From the IMG/VR virus record IMGVR_UViG_3300014963_000512: a stretch of 64,000 nucleotides of DNA. One strand, written 5' to 3'. The DNA comes from a virus (taxonomy: Duplodnaviria > Heunggongvirae > Uroviricota > Caudoviricetes). Under the pieces are notes generated by a model. The model was not told where the DNA came from and searched no databases. It saw only the letters and a list, made by a program, of their open reading frames with translations. The position numbers were made by a program, and so were the translations under genes. Shown one piece after another: positions 43,589 through 54,210 of this stretch. Numbering within the stretch: the first letter of the stretch is position 1; each line of letters begins with the position of its first letter.

Positions 43589-44539
43589 ATGTATAATGAA
43601 GGGTTAAAGATAAACTTCATCCGCAACTATACACAAAGCATCAACACCGCCAATGTGGCAACAACGGTATTCACCGCATTTGAGCCGCATGAAGAAGCGT
43701 GGGGTGCTGATTTGTGTACGAAAAGCACAGAGGAACTCCAGCCTGTGATTGATGAAATCGTAGGGCTACGCTCCAGAAGTCAATGGATGTCGCTCACAAT
43801 ACTGAAAGAGTATGTCAAGTGGTGTATCACCATGAAAGTGCCGGGCGCCTGTGATGGAATGCTTCGCATTACAGCGGTCGGTCTTGATAAAGTCAGGAAG
43901 CAGATGGTTACAAGTCCGCTGCACCTTCAGCGGTATCTCAATGAGGTCTTTGACCCAGAGGGCGATGAGACCATCGACAATCTCTACCGCTGCTACTACT
44001 GGATGGCGTTTTCAGGTATCCGTGAAGAAGATACGCTGAGCATCACAGCTTCGGATGTAGACTTCATGGATATGTCTATTCGGTACGGGGAGAATTGTGT
44101 GCCACTTTATCGTGAGTCTCTCCCTGCGTTTCGTAATGCAGTGGAGCTTTCCGGCTTTCTGTATAAGCACCCGAATTACGCAAAGGAAATTCGGCGTGAC
44201 AGAGTTCCTGGTGATACCATTATGCGTGGGGTTCGGGCTACTACAAAAACCATGTCTATTCGCTCCATGCTCTCACATCGTTCTGCTGCTGCACTTCAAG
44301 AGGGCAGGACAGAACAGCAATTAAGTTTCTACAGAGTGTGGATGTCCGGGCTTTTCTATCGGATGTACGAAAGAGAACGGGCTGGTATCCCAGTTGATTT
44401 CTCTGATGCAGCAGTTGATTTCATGTCCGGACGGACATATGTTGTCAAGGGAAGAGTTAAGCTGGAACACAAACAAAACAAAATTGAAAAAGACTATATG
44501 GAAGACTACCAGCGCTGGAAGCTGGCTTTCCTGATGTAA
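43589..44539 (+). CDS. tyrosine-recombinase-like protein (divergent phage-integrase family)
   Basis: Box I-like YWMAFSGIREEDTLSITASDVDF. C-terminal SIRSMLSHRS...LSFYRVW. Low-confidence assignment. Confidence 0.4.
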   Translation: MYNEGLKINFIRNYTQSINTANVATTVFTAFEPHEEAWGADLCTKSTEELQPVIDEIVGLRSRSQWMSLTILKEYVKWCITMKVPGACDGMLRITAVGLDKVRKQMVTSPLHLQRYLNEVFDPEGDETIDNLYRCYYWMAFSGIREEDTLSITASDVDFMDMSIRYGENCVPLYRESLPAFRNAVELSGFLYKHPNYAKEIRRDRVPGDTIMRGVRATTKTMSIRSMLSHRSAAALQEGRTEQQLSFYRVWMSGLFYRMYERERAGIPVDFSDAAVDFMSGRTYVVKGRVKLEHKQNKIEKDYMEDYQRWKLAFLM

Positions 44540-44551
44540 GGCGGTGAAAAA

Positions 44552-45073
44552 ATGGGTATCGGAGATTTGTTTTCTATCTTTGCAGGCGGTGCTTGGCTTG
44601 CTACAGAAACAGCCAAAGAGATTGGTGAACGAGCTGTTGGCGAAGAGCGCAGCCGTTTAATCAAGGCATACATCGCAGAGCACACCGACCCCGAACTGGA
44701 GCAGCGTATGATGGAGGATGTAAAGAATCCCGATATGTACGATGCGGTTTGGGAGCGCATCGAGTCTTTTAAGCGAGACAATCCTGTTTTCTGCGACGAG
44801 GAAGCCAAGAAGTCTCTCATCAAGAAATACGATGGTACTTATGGCTACACCAGCCGTTTTGGCTGGCAGAATGTCGGCGAAGAGAGACTCCCATTCCGCA
44901 CTGCAAACGGAAGCCTGTACGGGAAAAGCCAGTATCAGGATTTGGAATTGGATGGGAACCGTAATATTGCAGTCATGCTTTTGATGCAGACATACGGTAA
45001 AATGAAATTGTCCCATGCAAAGACAACGGCAGAAAAACTTTATCCCATTCCCAAATCCAACCGAAATTGGTAA
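44552..45073 (+). CDS. hypothetical protein (173 aa)
   Basis: ORF. Confidence 0.5.
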   Translation: MGIGDLFSIFAGGAWLATETAKEIGERAVGEERSRLIKAYIAEHTDPELEQRMMEDVKNPDMYDAVWERIESFKRDNPVFCDEEAKKSLIKKYDGTYGYTSRFGWQNVGEERLPFRTANGSLYGKSQYQDLELDGNRNIAVMLLMQTYGKMKLSHAKTTAEKLYPIPKSNRNW

Positions 45074-45075
45074 TT

Positions 45076-45108
45076 AGAGAACCTGCATCAAGCAGGTTTC
45101 TCTTTACA
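45076..45108 (+). terminator. rho-independent terminator
   Basis: gagaacctgc-atcaa-gcaggtttctc followed by tttacat. Confidence 0.65.
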
Positions 45109-45156
45109 TATATCAACACAATTAAATAAAATACAAGTTTGAAAGGAGTGGTTCCT

Positions 45157-45735
45157 ATGGGCGAATTAAAGGAGAGATTCCTTTCTGTGTACAATAACAC
45201 AGTACACAGAGATGGCTCCGATATGCTTCTGCGATGGCTGGAGGATTCTGATTTTTTCGTTGCCCCAGCATCCACAAAGTTCCACGGCTGTCATGAAGGT
45301 GGGCTTCTTCAGCATTCCCTGAATGTGTATGACTGCTTAAAGAAGGGATTAGAAAACACCGGATTGCAGGACAGCTACCCTGCAGAGACGGTTGCTGTTG
45401 TCTCGCTACTTCACGACATCTGCAAGGTCAACTTCTATAAGAAAGGTTTTCGCAATGTCAAGGATGAGGAAACCGGCCAGTGGTACAAGAAAGAGGTCTA
45501 TGAAATTGATGAGAAGTTCCCCTGCGGAGAGCACGCAGACAAGTCTGTCATTCTTATTCAGAACTTCATGCATCTTGAGCCGGAGGAAATCCTCGCTATC
45601 CGTGCCCATATGGGCGGCTGGGACACAGCAGTAAAGGGCGGGAATGCGTTTGTCGGCAAGATTTTCGAGCGAAGTAAGCTCGCTGTTCAGCTGCATCTTG
45701 CCGATATGGAAGCTACTTATCTTTGCGGCGAATAA
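45157..45735 (+). CDS. HD-domain phosphohydrolase
   Basis: Motifs KFHGCHEGGLLQHS and VSLLHDICK. aaaggagtggttcctATG. Confidence 0.7.
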   Translation: MGELKERFLSVYNNTVHRDGSDMLLRWLEDSDFFVAPASTKFHGCHEGGLLQHSLNVYDCLKKGLENTGLQDSYPAETVAVVSLLHDICKVNFYKKGFRNVKDEETGQWYKKEVYEIDEKFPCGEHADKSVILIQNFMHLEPEEILAIRAHMGGWDTAVKGGNAFVGKIFERSKLAVQLHLADMEATYLCGE

Positions 45736-45753
45736 AAGGAAAGAAGGTTATTT

Positions 45754-46455
45754 ATGTCAGAGCAGACAGGCAACATCTATCAGAAGCTTGCTAAGGTCAG
45801 AAAGCAGGTAGAGGTCATCCGAAAAAACAAAAGTGGCTACGGCTATAAGTATGTCACCGAAGATGAAATCCTTGCCAAAATCTCGGTTTTTATGGACAAG
45901 TATCATCTGTCCCTGGTTCCCAGCATTCAGTCTGGAACTACGAGGGTAGAACCCTATACATATAAGAAGACCAAGACGACCGGAAAGGGCGAGTTTTACG
46001 AGGAAAACAACAACGAGATTCTGGTAAGCGCTGATATGACATGGTCTTGGGTCAACAACGATAATCCCGAAGAGCGTATCGATGTCAGCTGGGCACTTGT
46101 TGGACAGCAGGGTGATGCTTCACAGGCGTTTGGTTCCGGTTTGACTTACTCCAGCCGATACTTCCTTCTCAAGTATTTCAATATCGCAACGCCGGATGAT
46201 GACCCCGATAACTTCCGCAGCAAGCAGCGTGCAGCCGAGGCGGCTGAAGATAAGATGATTGCGGAAGGCATTATCCAGAGTTTCGACGAGACAGTCAAGC
46301 GCTTCCTTGAGTCCAATAAGGATAAAGCAGAGGATGTGAAAAAGTTCGTTTCCAAATACGCAAAGGGCGGTAACTATTTCGCCATCACAGAGTCAGCTCT
46401 TGCCGGTAAATTGCTGGCAGATTTCAAAGACACATTCAACATCAAGGAGGAGTAA
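45754..46455 (+). CDS. erf: ERF-family single-strand annealing protein
   Basis: N-terminal IYQKLAKVRKQVEVIRKNKSGYGYKYVTEDEIL. Placed in the recombination module before SSB. Confidence 0.7.
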   Translation: MSEQTGNIYQKLAKVRKQVEVIRKNKSGYGYKYVTEDEILAKISVFMDKYHLSLVPSIQSGTTRVEPYTYKKTKTTGKGEFYEENNNEILVSADMTWSWVNNDNPEERIDVSWALVGQQGDASQAFGSGLTYSSRYFLLKYFNIATPDDDPDNFRSKQRAAEAAEDKMIAEGIIQSFDETVKRFLESNKDKAEDVKKFVSKYAKGGNYFAITESALAGKLLADFKDTFNIKEE

Positions 46456-46458
46456 CAC

Positions 46459-46830
46459 ATGGGTTTTCGCACAGGTGCTTATGCAAAGGTCTGGGAAGTA
46501 ACGCCGATGAGCGACACCAGCACGAAGGTTCGTATGTCCATCAGTCGAAAGAACAAACAGTCCGGCGAGTATGAACAGGATTTTTCCGGTTTTGTTCTTG
46601 CCATTGGAACGGCAGCAGCAAAGAAGGCTGCCGGTTTGAAAGAAGGCAACCGCATCAAGCTCGGCGATGTGGATGTGACGACCAAGTACGACAAGGAGAA
46701 AAAGATTACATATACCAACTTCAAAATGTTCTCCTTCGAGCTTGACGGAGAGGAGCCTCGTGACAGCAGTACCGAGCCGCAGCCCACAGTTGATGAGGGC
46801 GAAATCGACGACAACCGCCTGCCTTTCTAA
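46459..46830 (+). CDS. ssb: single-stranded DNA-binding protein (OB fold, acidic DDNRLPF tail)
   Basis: C-terminal D-x-x-x-PF tail typical of SSB. Confidence 0.65.
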   Translation: MGFRTGAYAKVWEVTPMSDTSTKVRMSISRKNKQSGEYEQDFSGFVLAIGTAAAKKAAGLKEGNRIKLGDVDVTTKYDKEKKITYTNFKMFSFELDGEEPRDSSTEPQPTVDEGEIDDNRLPF

Positions 46831-46842
46831 AGGTGGCGGCTT

Positions 46843-47628
46843 ATGGGAGAAATCAATTACACACCGCTCATTGACGATATGGTCTGGAGCTACTCCCGTA
46901 TCAAAGCTTTTGTAGATTGTCCGTATCGATTTTATCTGAAGTACATCCGGCATATCCACGGCAAAGAAATGTTTTTCGCAAGCTATGGCACATTCATGCA
47001 CAAGCTGATTGAAACCTATTTCAAGGAAGGAAAATCTCCGCGTCAGTTGACAGACATTTACCTGCGTGATTTCAAGAAAGAGGTTGTCGGACGGGCGCCC
47101 AACAAAACGGTTTTCGGGAACTACTTCACCGGTGGTCTTCAGTATTTGCGAAGCATCCATCCGTTTCCGTATCGCCCTGTAGCCATTGAAAAGAAGGTGG
47201 ATTTCAAAGTGAATGGAATCCCCTTCATTGGCTATATCGATTTTCTTGGAGAACTGGATGGTTCTCTCTATGTGGTGGATAACAAGTCCAGAGTTTTGAA
47301 GCCTCGAAGTAAGCGGGAGAAACCGACCAAGACGGACGAGGAACTGGACGCTTATCTTAAGCAGTTATACCTCTATTCGGCTGCGGTCGAGGATGAATAC
47401 GGTGTTCGCCCCCGTAAGCTTTGCTTTAACTGTTTCCGTACCGACACCTTCATCGAAGAACCGTTTCTGGATAAAGATTACGACGGTGCAAAACAGTGGC
47501 TTGCAGAAATGATTTCTGAGATACGGCAGGAGTCAGACTTCAAACCGTCATGTGAGTTTTTTAAGTGTACCCACCTTTGCGAAATGCAGGATGAGTGCGA
47601 GTACTATCAGTTGATGAAGAAGAGGTGA
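46843..47628 (+). CDS. PD-(D/E)xK exonuclease, Cas4/RecB-like with a C-terminal Fe-S Cys cluster
   Basis: Motif IGYIDFLGELDGSLYVVDNKS. Four Cys at CEFFKCTHLCEMQDECEY. Confidence 0.7.
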   Translation: MGEINYTPLIDDMVWSYSRIKAFVDCPYRFYLKYIRHIHGKEMFFASYGTFMHKLIETYFKEGKSPRQLTDIYLRDFKKEVVGRAPNKTVFGNYFTGGLQYLRSIHPFPYRPVAIEKKVDFKVNGIPFIGYIDFLGELDGSLYVVDNKSRVLKPRSKREKPTKTDEELDAYLKQLYLYSAAVEDEYGVRPRKLCFNCFRTDTFIEEPFLDKDYDGAKQWLAEMISEIRQESDFKPSCEFFKCTHLCEMQDECEYYQLMKKR

Positions 47629-47634
47629 TGAGAG

Positions 47635-48966
47635 ATGCTGGCAAATGAAGATATGGCGCGGGTCGAAAGCGAAGCGGGTATTATCGCCACGCTGATTCAC
47701 CATCCTGATTTTTCATACTACTCCGAGCAGCTGTTGCCAAACCATTTCACGAACGAGGAGAACCGCTACATCTATCAGGCAATTTGTTCCCTCGCAAGAG
47801 ATGGTATTGAACGCATTGACCCGTACAATATTATCCAGGCGTTGACCGCTAAGGAAGCTACCCGGCGTTTTGCGGATGAGCTGAGTATCGACCAACTCTA
47901 CACGCTCATGGAAAACAGCGAAAACATCAGCCGAAATACAGTAGAGGAGTATAAGCTCCTCGTAAATAATGTGATGGACGCAGCGTTTCGCAGAGATACC
48001 TACCAGCAGTTGAAGGAGTGCCAGAAGTTGTGTACGCAGCCCTCCGCCGAGAACATCGAACAGAAAATCTATAAGATGCTTGACGATGTGATGATGGAGT
48101 TTTCTACAACCAATGATGTCCCGGCCTATAAAGATGTGGTCGATAAATGCTGGGAAGAAATCAAAGGCCGTCAGGGCGCAGGTTACGCAGGAATTCCCTT
48201 TAAGTTTCCCGCTTTGAATGATTACGCCACCATTGAGCGTGGCGAACTGTTTATCTTCGGTGCTGAACAGAAGCAGGGCAAGAGTATGATGCTGCTGAAC
48301 TGCGCAGTCGATTTGCTTAAGCAGGATTATGCCGTGCTGTATCTGGACAGCGAGTTAAACACACGGCTTTTTACTTCTCGTATTCTCGCCCACCTGTCAG
48401 GTATCGAGTATAAGCGGCTCACCTCCGGTAACTACAGCGAGGAAGAAGAGCAACGGATTCTGGCGGCAAAAGAGTGGCTCAAAACTCGTAAGTTCACACA
48501 CATTTATATTCCCATGTTCGACCAGCAGAGTATTTATACCGCTGTCAACAAAGTCAAGCACACTCAGGGTCTGGATGTTCTTATCGTGGACTACTTCAAA
48601 GGCAAAGGCGAGGGCGACGCCTTTGATAGCTATCAGGAGCTTGGCCGTTTCGTGGATATGGTAAAGAATCAAATCTGCGGAGAGATGAATATTGCCGGTA
48701 TCGGTGCGGCACAAGCAACTATTACAGGCAAACTTGCCGACAGCGCCAAGATTGCACGAAACGCTTCGACTATTGCCATGATTTCCGATAAAACTCCAGA
48801 GGAAATCGAGGCGGACGGTGCGGAATGCGGTAACAAAAAGCTGCGTGTCACAGTCAACCGTAACGGTATGCAGATGACGCAGGATGAATACATAGACTTG
48901 CTGTTTGATGGTAATCACATTCTCTATGAACAGGCCAAGCAGCATATTCCCCAGACCCCATTTTAA
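47635..48966 (+). CDS. dnaB: DnaB-family replicative helicase
   Basis: N-terminal DnaB domain. P-loop GAEQKQGKS. LIVDYF motif. Confidence 0.8.
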   Translation: MLANEDMARVESEAGIIATLIHHPDFSYYSEQLLPNHFTNEENRYIYQAICSLARDGIERIDPYNIIQALTAKEATRRFADELSIDQLYTLMENSENISRNTVEEYKLLVNNVMDAAFRRDTYQQLKECQKLCTQPSAENIEQKIYKMLDDVMMEFSTTNDVPAYKDVVDKCWEEIKGRQGAGYAGIPFKFPALNDYATIERGELFIFGAEQKQGKSMMLLNCAVDLLKQDYAVLYLDSELNTRLFTSRILAHLSGIEYKRLTSGNYSEEEEQRILAAKEWLKTRKFTHIYIPMFDQQSIYTAVNKVKHTQGLDVLIVDYFKGKGEGDAFDSYQELGRFVDMVKNQICGEMNIAGIGAAQATITGKLADSAKIARNASTIAMISDKTPEEIEADGAECGNKKLRVTVNRNGMQMTQDEYIDLLFDGNHILYEQAKQHIPQTPF

Positions 48967-49008
48967 CCAGTCATAACAATTAAATAAAATGCGAAAGGAG
49001 GAGACGGT

Positions 49009-49989
49009 TTGGAGCTGTCTGAGCTGATAGAGTCAGTCGATATTCTGGATTACATTTCCCAATACACGGAGTTCACAGAGAAAAACGGCGAATACTGGGC
49101 ATTGTCACCTCTCAAAGATGAGAACACACCGTCTTTCTCCGTTCGCAAAGAAACAAATTCGTTTTTTGATTTCTCATCTGGTATCGGCGGCAATGTACTG
49201 ACATTTATTCGGTACTATGACAAGTGCAGTATGGCGGAAGCCGTAGAAAAGCTGAAAAAATACAGCGGATTTAACGGCAAAGTAAGTTCAAGGAAGCGTC
49301 TTGCAGCTGCAGAGGTGGCAAAACGGTTTGCGCCGCCCCATAATACGGCGAAAAAAGCTAAAGGGACAGTGTTGCCGGATGATTACATGGAACGGTATGA
49401 AAAACGAGACGATAAGTTGGCTGTTTGGGAGCGTGAAGGCATTTCCCGTGCATCCATAGATAAGTTTTCGGTGTATTATGACAGTTTTTCCGACCGGCTT
49501 GTCTATCCAATACGAAATCCAGATGGAAAAATCGTCAATATCGGTGGGCGCACCCTCGACCCGCACTGGAAAGAGAAGGGTTTGCGTAAATACACCTATT
49601 TCATGTCGTGGGGTGAGTTGAAAACCATCTATGGTCTTGCAGAAAACAGGGACGCTATCCTCAAGAAGGGGGAAATCATCCTGTTTGAGGGCTGCAAGTC
49701 CGTTCTGCTTGCCGATACTTACGGAATTCACAATACCGGAGCGATTTTGACCTCGCATCTGAACCCAAATCAGATGAAATTGCTGGCGGCACTTGGCTGC
49801 CGTGTGGTTTTTGCCCTTGATAAGGATGTCTGCATTCGAGACGACCACAATATCAAGCGATTAAAGCAATTTGTCAATGTGCAATACCTTTGGGATAAGG
49901 ATAATTTACTTGGTGAAAAGGACAGCCCTGTCGATAGAGGCCAAGAAACCTGGGAAAAACTCTACGAAGGGAGGCTGTCGTGGCGATGA
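49009..49989 (+). CDS. dnaG: DnaG-like primase (degenerate zinc-binding region plus TOPRIM)
   Basis: ENTPSFSV...FFDFSSGIGGNVLTF and a TOPRIM acidic motif ALDKD. TTG start. Confidence 0.7.
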   Translation: MELSELIESVDILDYISQYTEFTEKNGEYWALSPLKDENTPSFSVRKETNSFFDFSSGIGGNVLTFIRYYDKCSMAEAVEKLKKYSGFNGKVSSRKRLAAAEVAKRFAPPHNTAKKAKGTVLPDDYMERYEKRDDKLAVWEREGISRASIDKFSVYYDSFSDRLVYPIRNPDGKIVNIGGRTLDPHWKEKGLRKYTYFMSWGELKTIYGLAENRDAILKKGEIILFEGCKSVLLADTYGIHNTGAILTSHLNPNQMKLLAALGCRVVFALDKDVCIRDDHNIKRLKQFVNVQYLWDKDNLLGEKDSPVDRGQETWEKLYEGRLSWR

Positions 49990-52900
49990 GCGGACAATAC
50001 ACCGTCTATCATCTACATAGTGACCTGTCAAATGGCGTTACCAACATTGATTCGGTCACAAAATACGGAGAGTACATTGTAAAGGCTAAAGAATGTGGCA
50101 TGAATGCGATGGGCTTTTCGGAGCACGGTTCTGTTTTTGAGTGGTGGCACAAGAAAAGTGCAATTGAAGCAGCTGGGATGAAGTACATCCATGCTGTCGA
50201 GTGTTATCTCACCACAACTCTTTCGGAAAAAATCAGAGATAACTACCATTGTGTTCTTCTCGCCAAGAACTACAACGGTTTTTTGGAACTGAACCGCCTT
50301 GTGTCAAACAGTTTTTGCAGAACGGATAACCATTTTTACTATGTCCCCCGTATTACCTTTGACGAATTGTTCCACACATCGGATAACATTCTCGTCACCA
50401 CCGCTTGTGTTGGCGGGGTACTTGGGAAAGGGGACGAGCAAGTACAGCGAGTGTACCTTGACTTTCTGACTCGTAATCGGCACCGCTGTTTTTTGGAAGT
50501 CGGACATCACATGGATGAAAAACAGGTTTCCTATAACAAAAAGCTGCTTGCGTTAAGTCAGGAGCTCACCATCCCGTTGATAGCTGGAACAGATACTCAT
50601 GTTTTGAATGAAGAGCATGAGAAAGGTCGCAGCATCCTACAGGCGTCCAAGAATATTTTCTTCGATGGTGAAGAGCGCTGGGACTTGAAGTTCAAAACTT
50701 ACGATGAGTTGGTCGCTGCCTATCGAGCACAAGGCTCGTTGCCGGAAGCCGAGTATATGCAGGCTATTGAGAACACCAACCGGCTGGCAGATATGGTTGA
50801 GCCTTTTGAGCTGGATAGAGGAACCAAGTATCCTCATATTTACGCAGAGCCGGAAAAGACTTTCCGGGAAAAAGTACAGTCTGCTATGGAGACACATCCC
50901 TATGCGCTGAAAAACCATACCAAAGAAGAGTTGGAGCGGGTCGTTGAAGAAGAGTTCGATGTCTACAAGGCGACAAAGTCTATTGACTTTATGCTTCTGC
51001 AAACATACCTGCGGGAATGGGAAAAAGAAAACGGTATCCAATGTGGTTACGGGAGAGGTTCCGTATCCGGCAGTATGATTGCCTATCTTCTTGGTATTAC
51101 ACAGATGGACAGCCTGCGGTTTGGGTTAAACTTCTTCCGCTTTATGAACCCCTCTCGTGTGACCAATGCCGATATTGATACGGACTACTCTGGTAAGGAC
51201 AGAGACACGGTCAAACGGTTCCTGCTTCGTGACAAGATGAATCTGCCCAGCATCCGCTCCGCCGAAATCATTACCTTCAACACCATTGCGTTGAAGGGGG
51301 CTGTTCGGGATGTGTGCCGTGCCCTCTATAAAGACCGTCAGGACATCAATTATATCCAGGTTGCCAACCACATCTGCAAAGAAGTCGAGACGCACGAAGA
51401 GGCGGTTCGCAAAAAGTACCCGGAGGTTTTCCGGTATGTGGATATTGTCAACGGCACCATTGTTTCCATCGGAACCCATCCCAGCGGCGTGCTTATCAGC
51501 GACTTGCCCATTGAGCAAACCGTAGGTCTTTGCAGCGTGTCTACATCTGAGTATCCGGTTTCCATGATTAACATGAAAGAACTGGACGACTTGATGTATG
51601 TCAAGCTGGATATCCTGGGGCTTGATAATATCGGCGTCATCAATGAGACCTGTAAAACTCTCGGCATTGAGCGGCTCACTCCCGATAACACAGATATGGA
51701 GGATATGAGCGTATGGAAAAGCATCCGTGATGATACAACACTTATCTTCCAATGGGAATCAGACAGCGCACAGCATTATCTCCGGCAGTTTATGTCGGAC
51801 AGCACACTGGAAACGGCTCGCTCTAAAATCCCGAACTTCTCCATGTTGAAATGGATGTCGTTTGGCAACGGACTTCTCCGCCCAGCCTGCGCCAGTTTCC
51901 GTGACAGTGTTGCAAAGGGTGAGTTCTACGATAACGGTTTTGATGCGTTGAATGAATTCCTTTCCCCCGAGGCCGGACGCATTGCCATGCAGGAGACTAT
52001 CATGCAGTTCCTTGTCAAGTTCTGCGGTTATTCTGCGGCAGAGTCCGATAATGTGCGCCGTGCTATTGCAAAGAAGAAGGGTACAGAAACACTGCTTCCC
52101 GAGATTGAGGAACGGTTCGTTGCCTATTGTTCGGAACAATACAACATGACTTCGGAACAGTGCGAGAAAATCATCAAGCCGTTCCTGCAAATCATTCTGG
52201 ATGCTTCCGCTTACGGCTTTTCATGGAATCACTCTGACGCCTACTCCTCCATCGGGTACATCTGCGGGTATCTGCGCTACTACTATCCGCTGGAATTCCT
52301 TACGGCTGCACTCAATATCTTTGGCGACAACATGGATAAGACCGCCGCTATTACCAACTATGCAACCAGTGTCGGTATCCGTGTCACACTGCCAAAGTGG
52401 GGATTGTCCAGAGGCGAGTATTTCTTTGATAGAGAAAAGAGAATCATTGCAAAGGGGCTTACCTCCATCAAGTATATGAGCGCCAATCTTGCCGATGAGC
52501 TTTATGACCTCGCCAGAAACAAGTACTCCTACTTCATGGATTTGCTCAAGGACTTGGATGAAAAGACCAGCATCAATTCCAGACAGCTCGACATTCTTAT
52601 CAAGCTGGATTTCTTCTCTGACTTTGGTAATCAGCGTGAGCTTCTTCGCATGACGAGCTTGTTTTCTGAGATGTTCAAGAAAGGACAAGCTAAGCAGATA
52701 CGGAAAAGCGATGTAGACGGAACGCCGCTGGAGGAAATCGTCAAGCGGTATGCAGTGGGTGTAACAAAATCAGGCGGTATCGCAAAGAGTTATACGCTTC
52801 TGGATGTCGCATCTATCCTGCGAGAGGCGGAAACCGTTATCAAAGCCGCAGGGATGGAAGATTTAAGCGACCTTATCAAGGTGCGCAACTTCTATGATGT

Positions 52901-53174
52901 TATGGGCTATATCGGTTATGTGTCCGGCAACGAGGCCGACCGGCGCAAACTCTACATCACAGACATCAAGCCGCTGTACCGTAAGCGTGATAACAAGCAG
53001 TTCGGGTATAGCCTGTTCACAAAATCTATCGGCAGCGGCAAGGAGAGCCGGTTCACTGTCTTCAACAGAGTATTTGATAAGGAGCCTGTCAAAGAGGGCG
53101 ACATCATCTACTGCAAGGGTTATGAAAGGGACGGCGAGTATTTCACGCTGACAGCGTATCAGCAGGTTATTTGA
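49980..53174 (+). CDS. dnaE: DNA polymerase III alpha subunit (PHP plus polymerase core)
   Basis: N-terminal PHP domain YTVYHLHSDLSNG. 1064 aa. Confidence 0.85.
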   Translation: MAMSGQYTVYHLHSDLSNGVTNIDSVTKYGEYIVKAKECGMNAMGFSEHGSVFEWWHKKSAIEAAGMKYIHAVECYLTTTLSEKIRDNYHCVLLAKNYNGFLELNRLVSNSFCRTDNHFYYVPRITFDELFHTSDNILVTTACVGGVLGKGDEQVQRVYLDFLTRNRHRCFLEVGHHMDEKQVSYNKKLLALSQELTIPLIAGTDTHVLNEEHEKGRSILQASKNIFFDGEERWDLKFKTYDELVAAYRAQGSLPEAEYMQAIENTNRLADMVEPFELDRGTKYPHIYAEPEKTFREKVQSAMETHPYALKNHTKEELERVVEEEFDVYKATKSIDFMLLQTYLREWEKENGIQCGYGRGSVSGSMIAYLLGITQMDSLRFGLNFFRFMNPSRVTNADIDTDYSGKDRDTVKRFLLRDKMNLPSIRSAEIITFNTIALKGAVRDVCRALYKDRQDINYIQVANHICKEVETHEEAVRKKYPEVFRYVDIVNGTIVSIGTHPSGVLISDLPIEQTVGLCSVSTSEYPVSMINMKELDDLMYVKLDILGLDNIGVINETCKTLGIERLTPDNTDMEDMSVWKSIRDDTTLIFQWESDSAQHYLRQFMSDSTLETARSKIPNFSMLKWMSFGNGLLRPACASFRDSVAKGEFYDNGFDALNEFLSPEAGRIAMQETIMQFLVKFCGYSAAESDNVRRAIAKKKGTETLLPEIEERFVAYCSEQYNMTSEQCEKIIKPFLQIILDASAYGFSWNHSDAYSSIGYICGYLRYYYPLEFLTAALNIFGDNMDKTAAITNYATSVGIRVTLPKWGLSRGEYFFDREKRIIAKGLTSIKYMSANLADELYDLARNKYSYFMDLLKDLDEKTSINSRQLDILIKLDFFSDFGNQRELLRMTSLFSEMFKKGQAKQIRKSDVDGTPLEEIVKRYAVGVTKSGGIAKSYTLLDVASILREAETVIKAAGMEDLSDLIKVRNFYDVMGYIGYVSGNEADRRKLYITDIKPLYRKRDNKQFGYSLFTKSIGSGKESRFTVFNRVFDKEPVKEGDIIYCKGYERDGEYFTLTAYQQVI

Positions 53175-53187
53175 TTACATATAAAAC

Positions 53188-53415
53188 ATGGATTTTATAA
53201 GCATGGAGGTGCAAATTTTGCAGGACAAACAGGTCTGCAATCTCTGCGGCAAAGAACTTGATTTCTTTGACCGGCAGGAGAACTTCACAATACATACAAG
53301 AATCGGTTATGGCAGTATCCATGACGGCGACAAAGTTCATCTCCAGTTCTGCTGTGACTGCTTCGACAAGGTCGTTGCCATGTGTACCGTGTCGCCCATT
53401 GAGGAGGTAAGCTGA
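53188..53415 (+). CDS. small Cys-rich protein (75 aa)
   Basis: Motifs CNLCG...CCDC. Confidence 0.4.
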   Translation: MDFISMEVQILQDKQVCNLCGKELDFFDRQENFTIHTRIGYGSIHDGDKVHLQFCCDCFDKVVAMCTVSPIEEVS

Positions 53416-53417
53416 GA

Positions 53418-54197
53418 ATGGATAGAGCAGAATTTCAGAGATACATTGATAACGCCCTGCAAGAAGCAGAGCGTGTGAGGACTTATTGTGCGCAAGACGA
53501 AATCGTCCTCATTATGACAGCGGATTTTTATCGAGAGCTTCTTGCCACCACAGACATTCACGCCAACAGAGACGGCGACCACTACGGCTTCCTTTATGGC
53601 TATCGTATTGCGCTTATCAACGAGCCGACTGAACGCACGATGGTCTCGCCTGCGGTTCTTGGGATGACCTATCATCCGGGCATGGCGTTGGACGACATCA
53701 TTGTTGTCGATGAAGAGAACCGGGTATTCCGGCTTGCCAGTCGTGACCCTGTCCAGTTCACAGACACCGGTATGACTGTTCGCTTTGATGCGCATACCCG
53801 CACTACCAGACTGGATGCAGCAGCTATCGACGCTGGAAATATTGCGGCTGAGACCATGCGTGTCGCCACCGCACAAGCCGCTGCTACAACTGCTGCTGTA
53901 GACCCCTATACGGTCTACTATAATCCGTTTGAAACAACTACTACCACAACTACCACGACCGGTAACTATTGGCAGCAGTACTGGACACGCCCAGTTACAT
54001 GGGATTACAACCCGACGGTTACTTTCCGTGTAGATGCAGCAGAAGTCAACCACAGCGTATTCGATAGACTCACAGGTGGCGGCAGAAGAAAAAAGAATCG
54101 TGCCAAAGAAGATGCGGAACTGTCTGCCGGAGACACCAAGGCAATGGATGAATTCCTTGATGGATTCGCCATCAAGCAGAACCTGCAGCAGGCGTAA
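53418..54197 (+). CDS. hypothetical protein (259 aa)
   Basis: ggaggtaagctgagaATG. Confidence 0.5.
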   Translation: MDRAEFQRYIDNALQEAERVRTYCAQDEIVLIMTADFYRELLATTDIHANRDGDHYGFLYGYRIALINEPTERTMVSPAVLGMTYHPGMALDDIIVVDEENRVFRLASRDPVQFTDTGMTVRFDAHTRTTRLDAAAIDAGNIAAETMRVATAQAAATTAAVDPYTVYYNPFETTTTTTTTTGNYWQQYWTRPVTWDYNPTVTFRVDAAEVNHSVFDRLTGGGRRKKNRAKEDAELSAGDTKAMDEFLDGFAIKQNLQQA

Positions 54198-54210
54198 AAG
54201 GAGGGTACCA

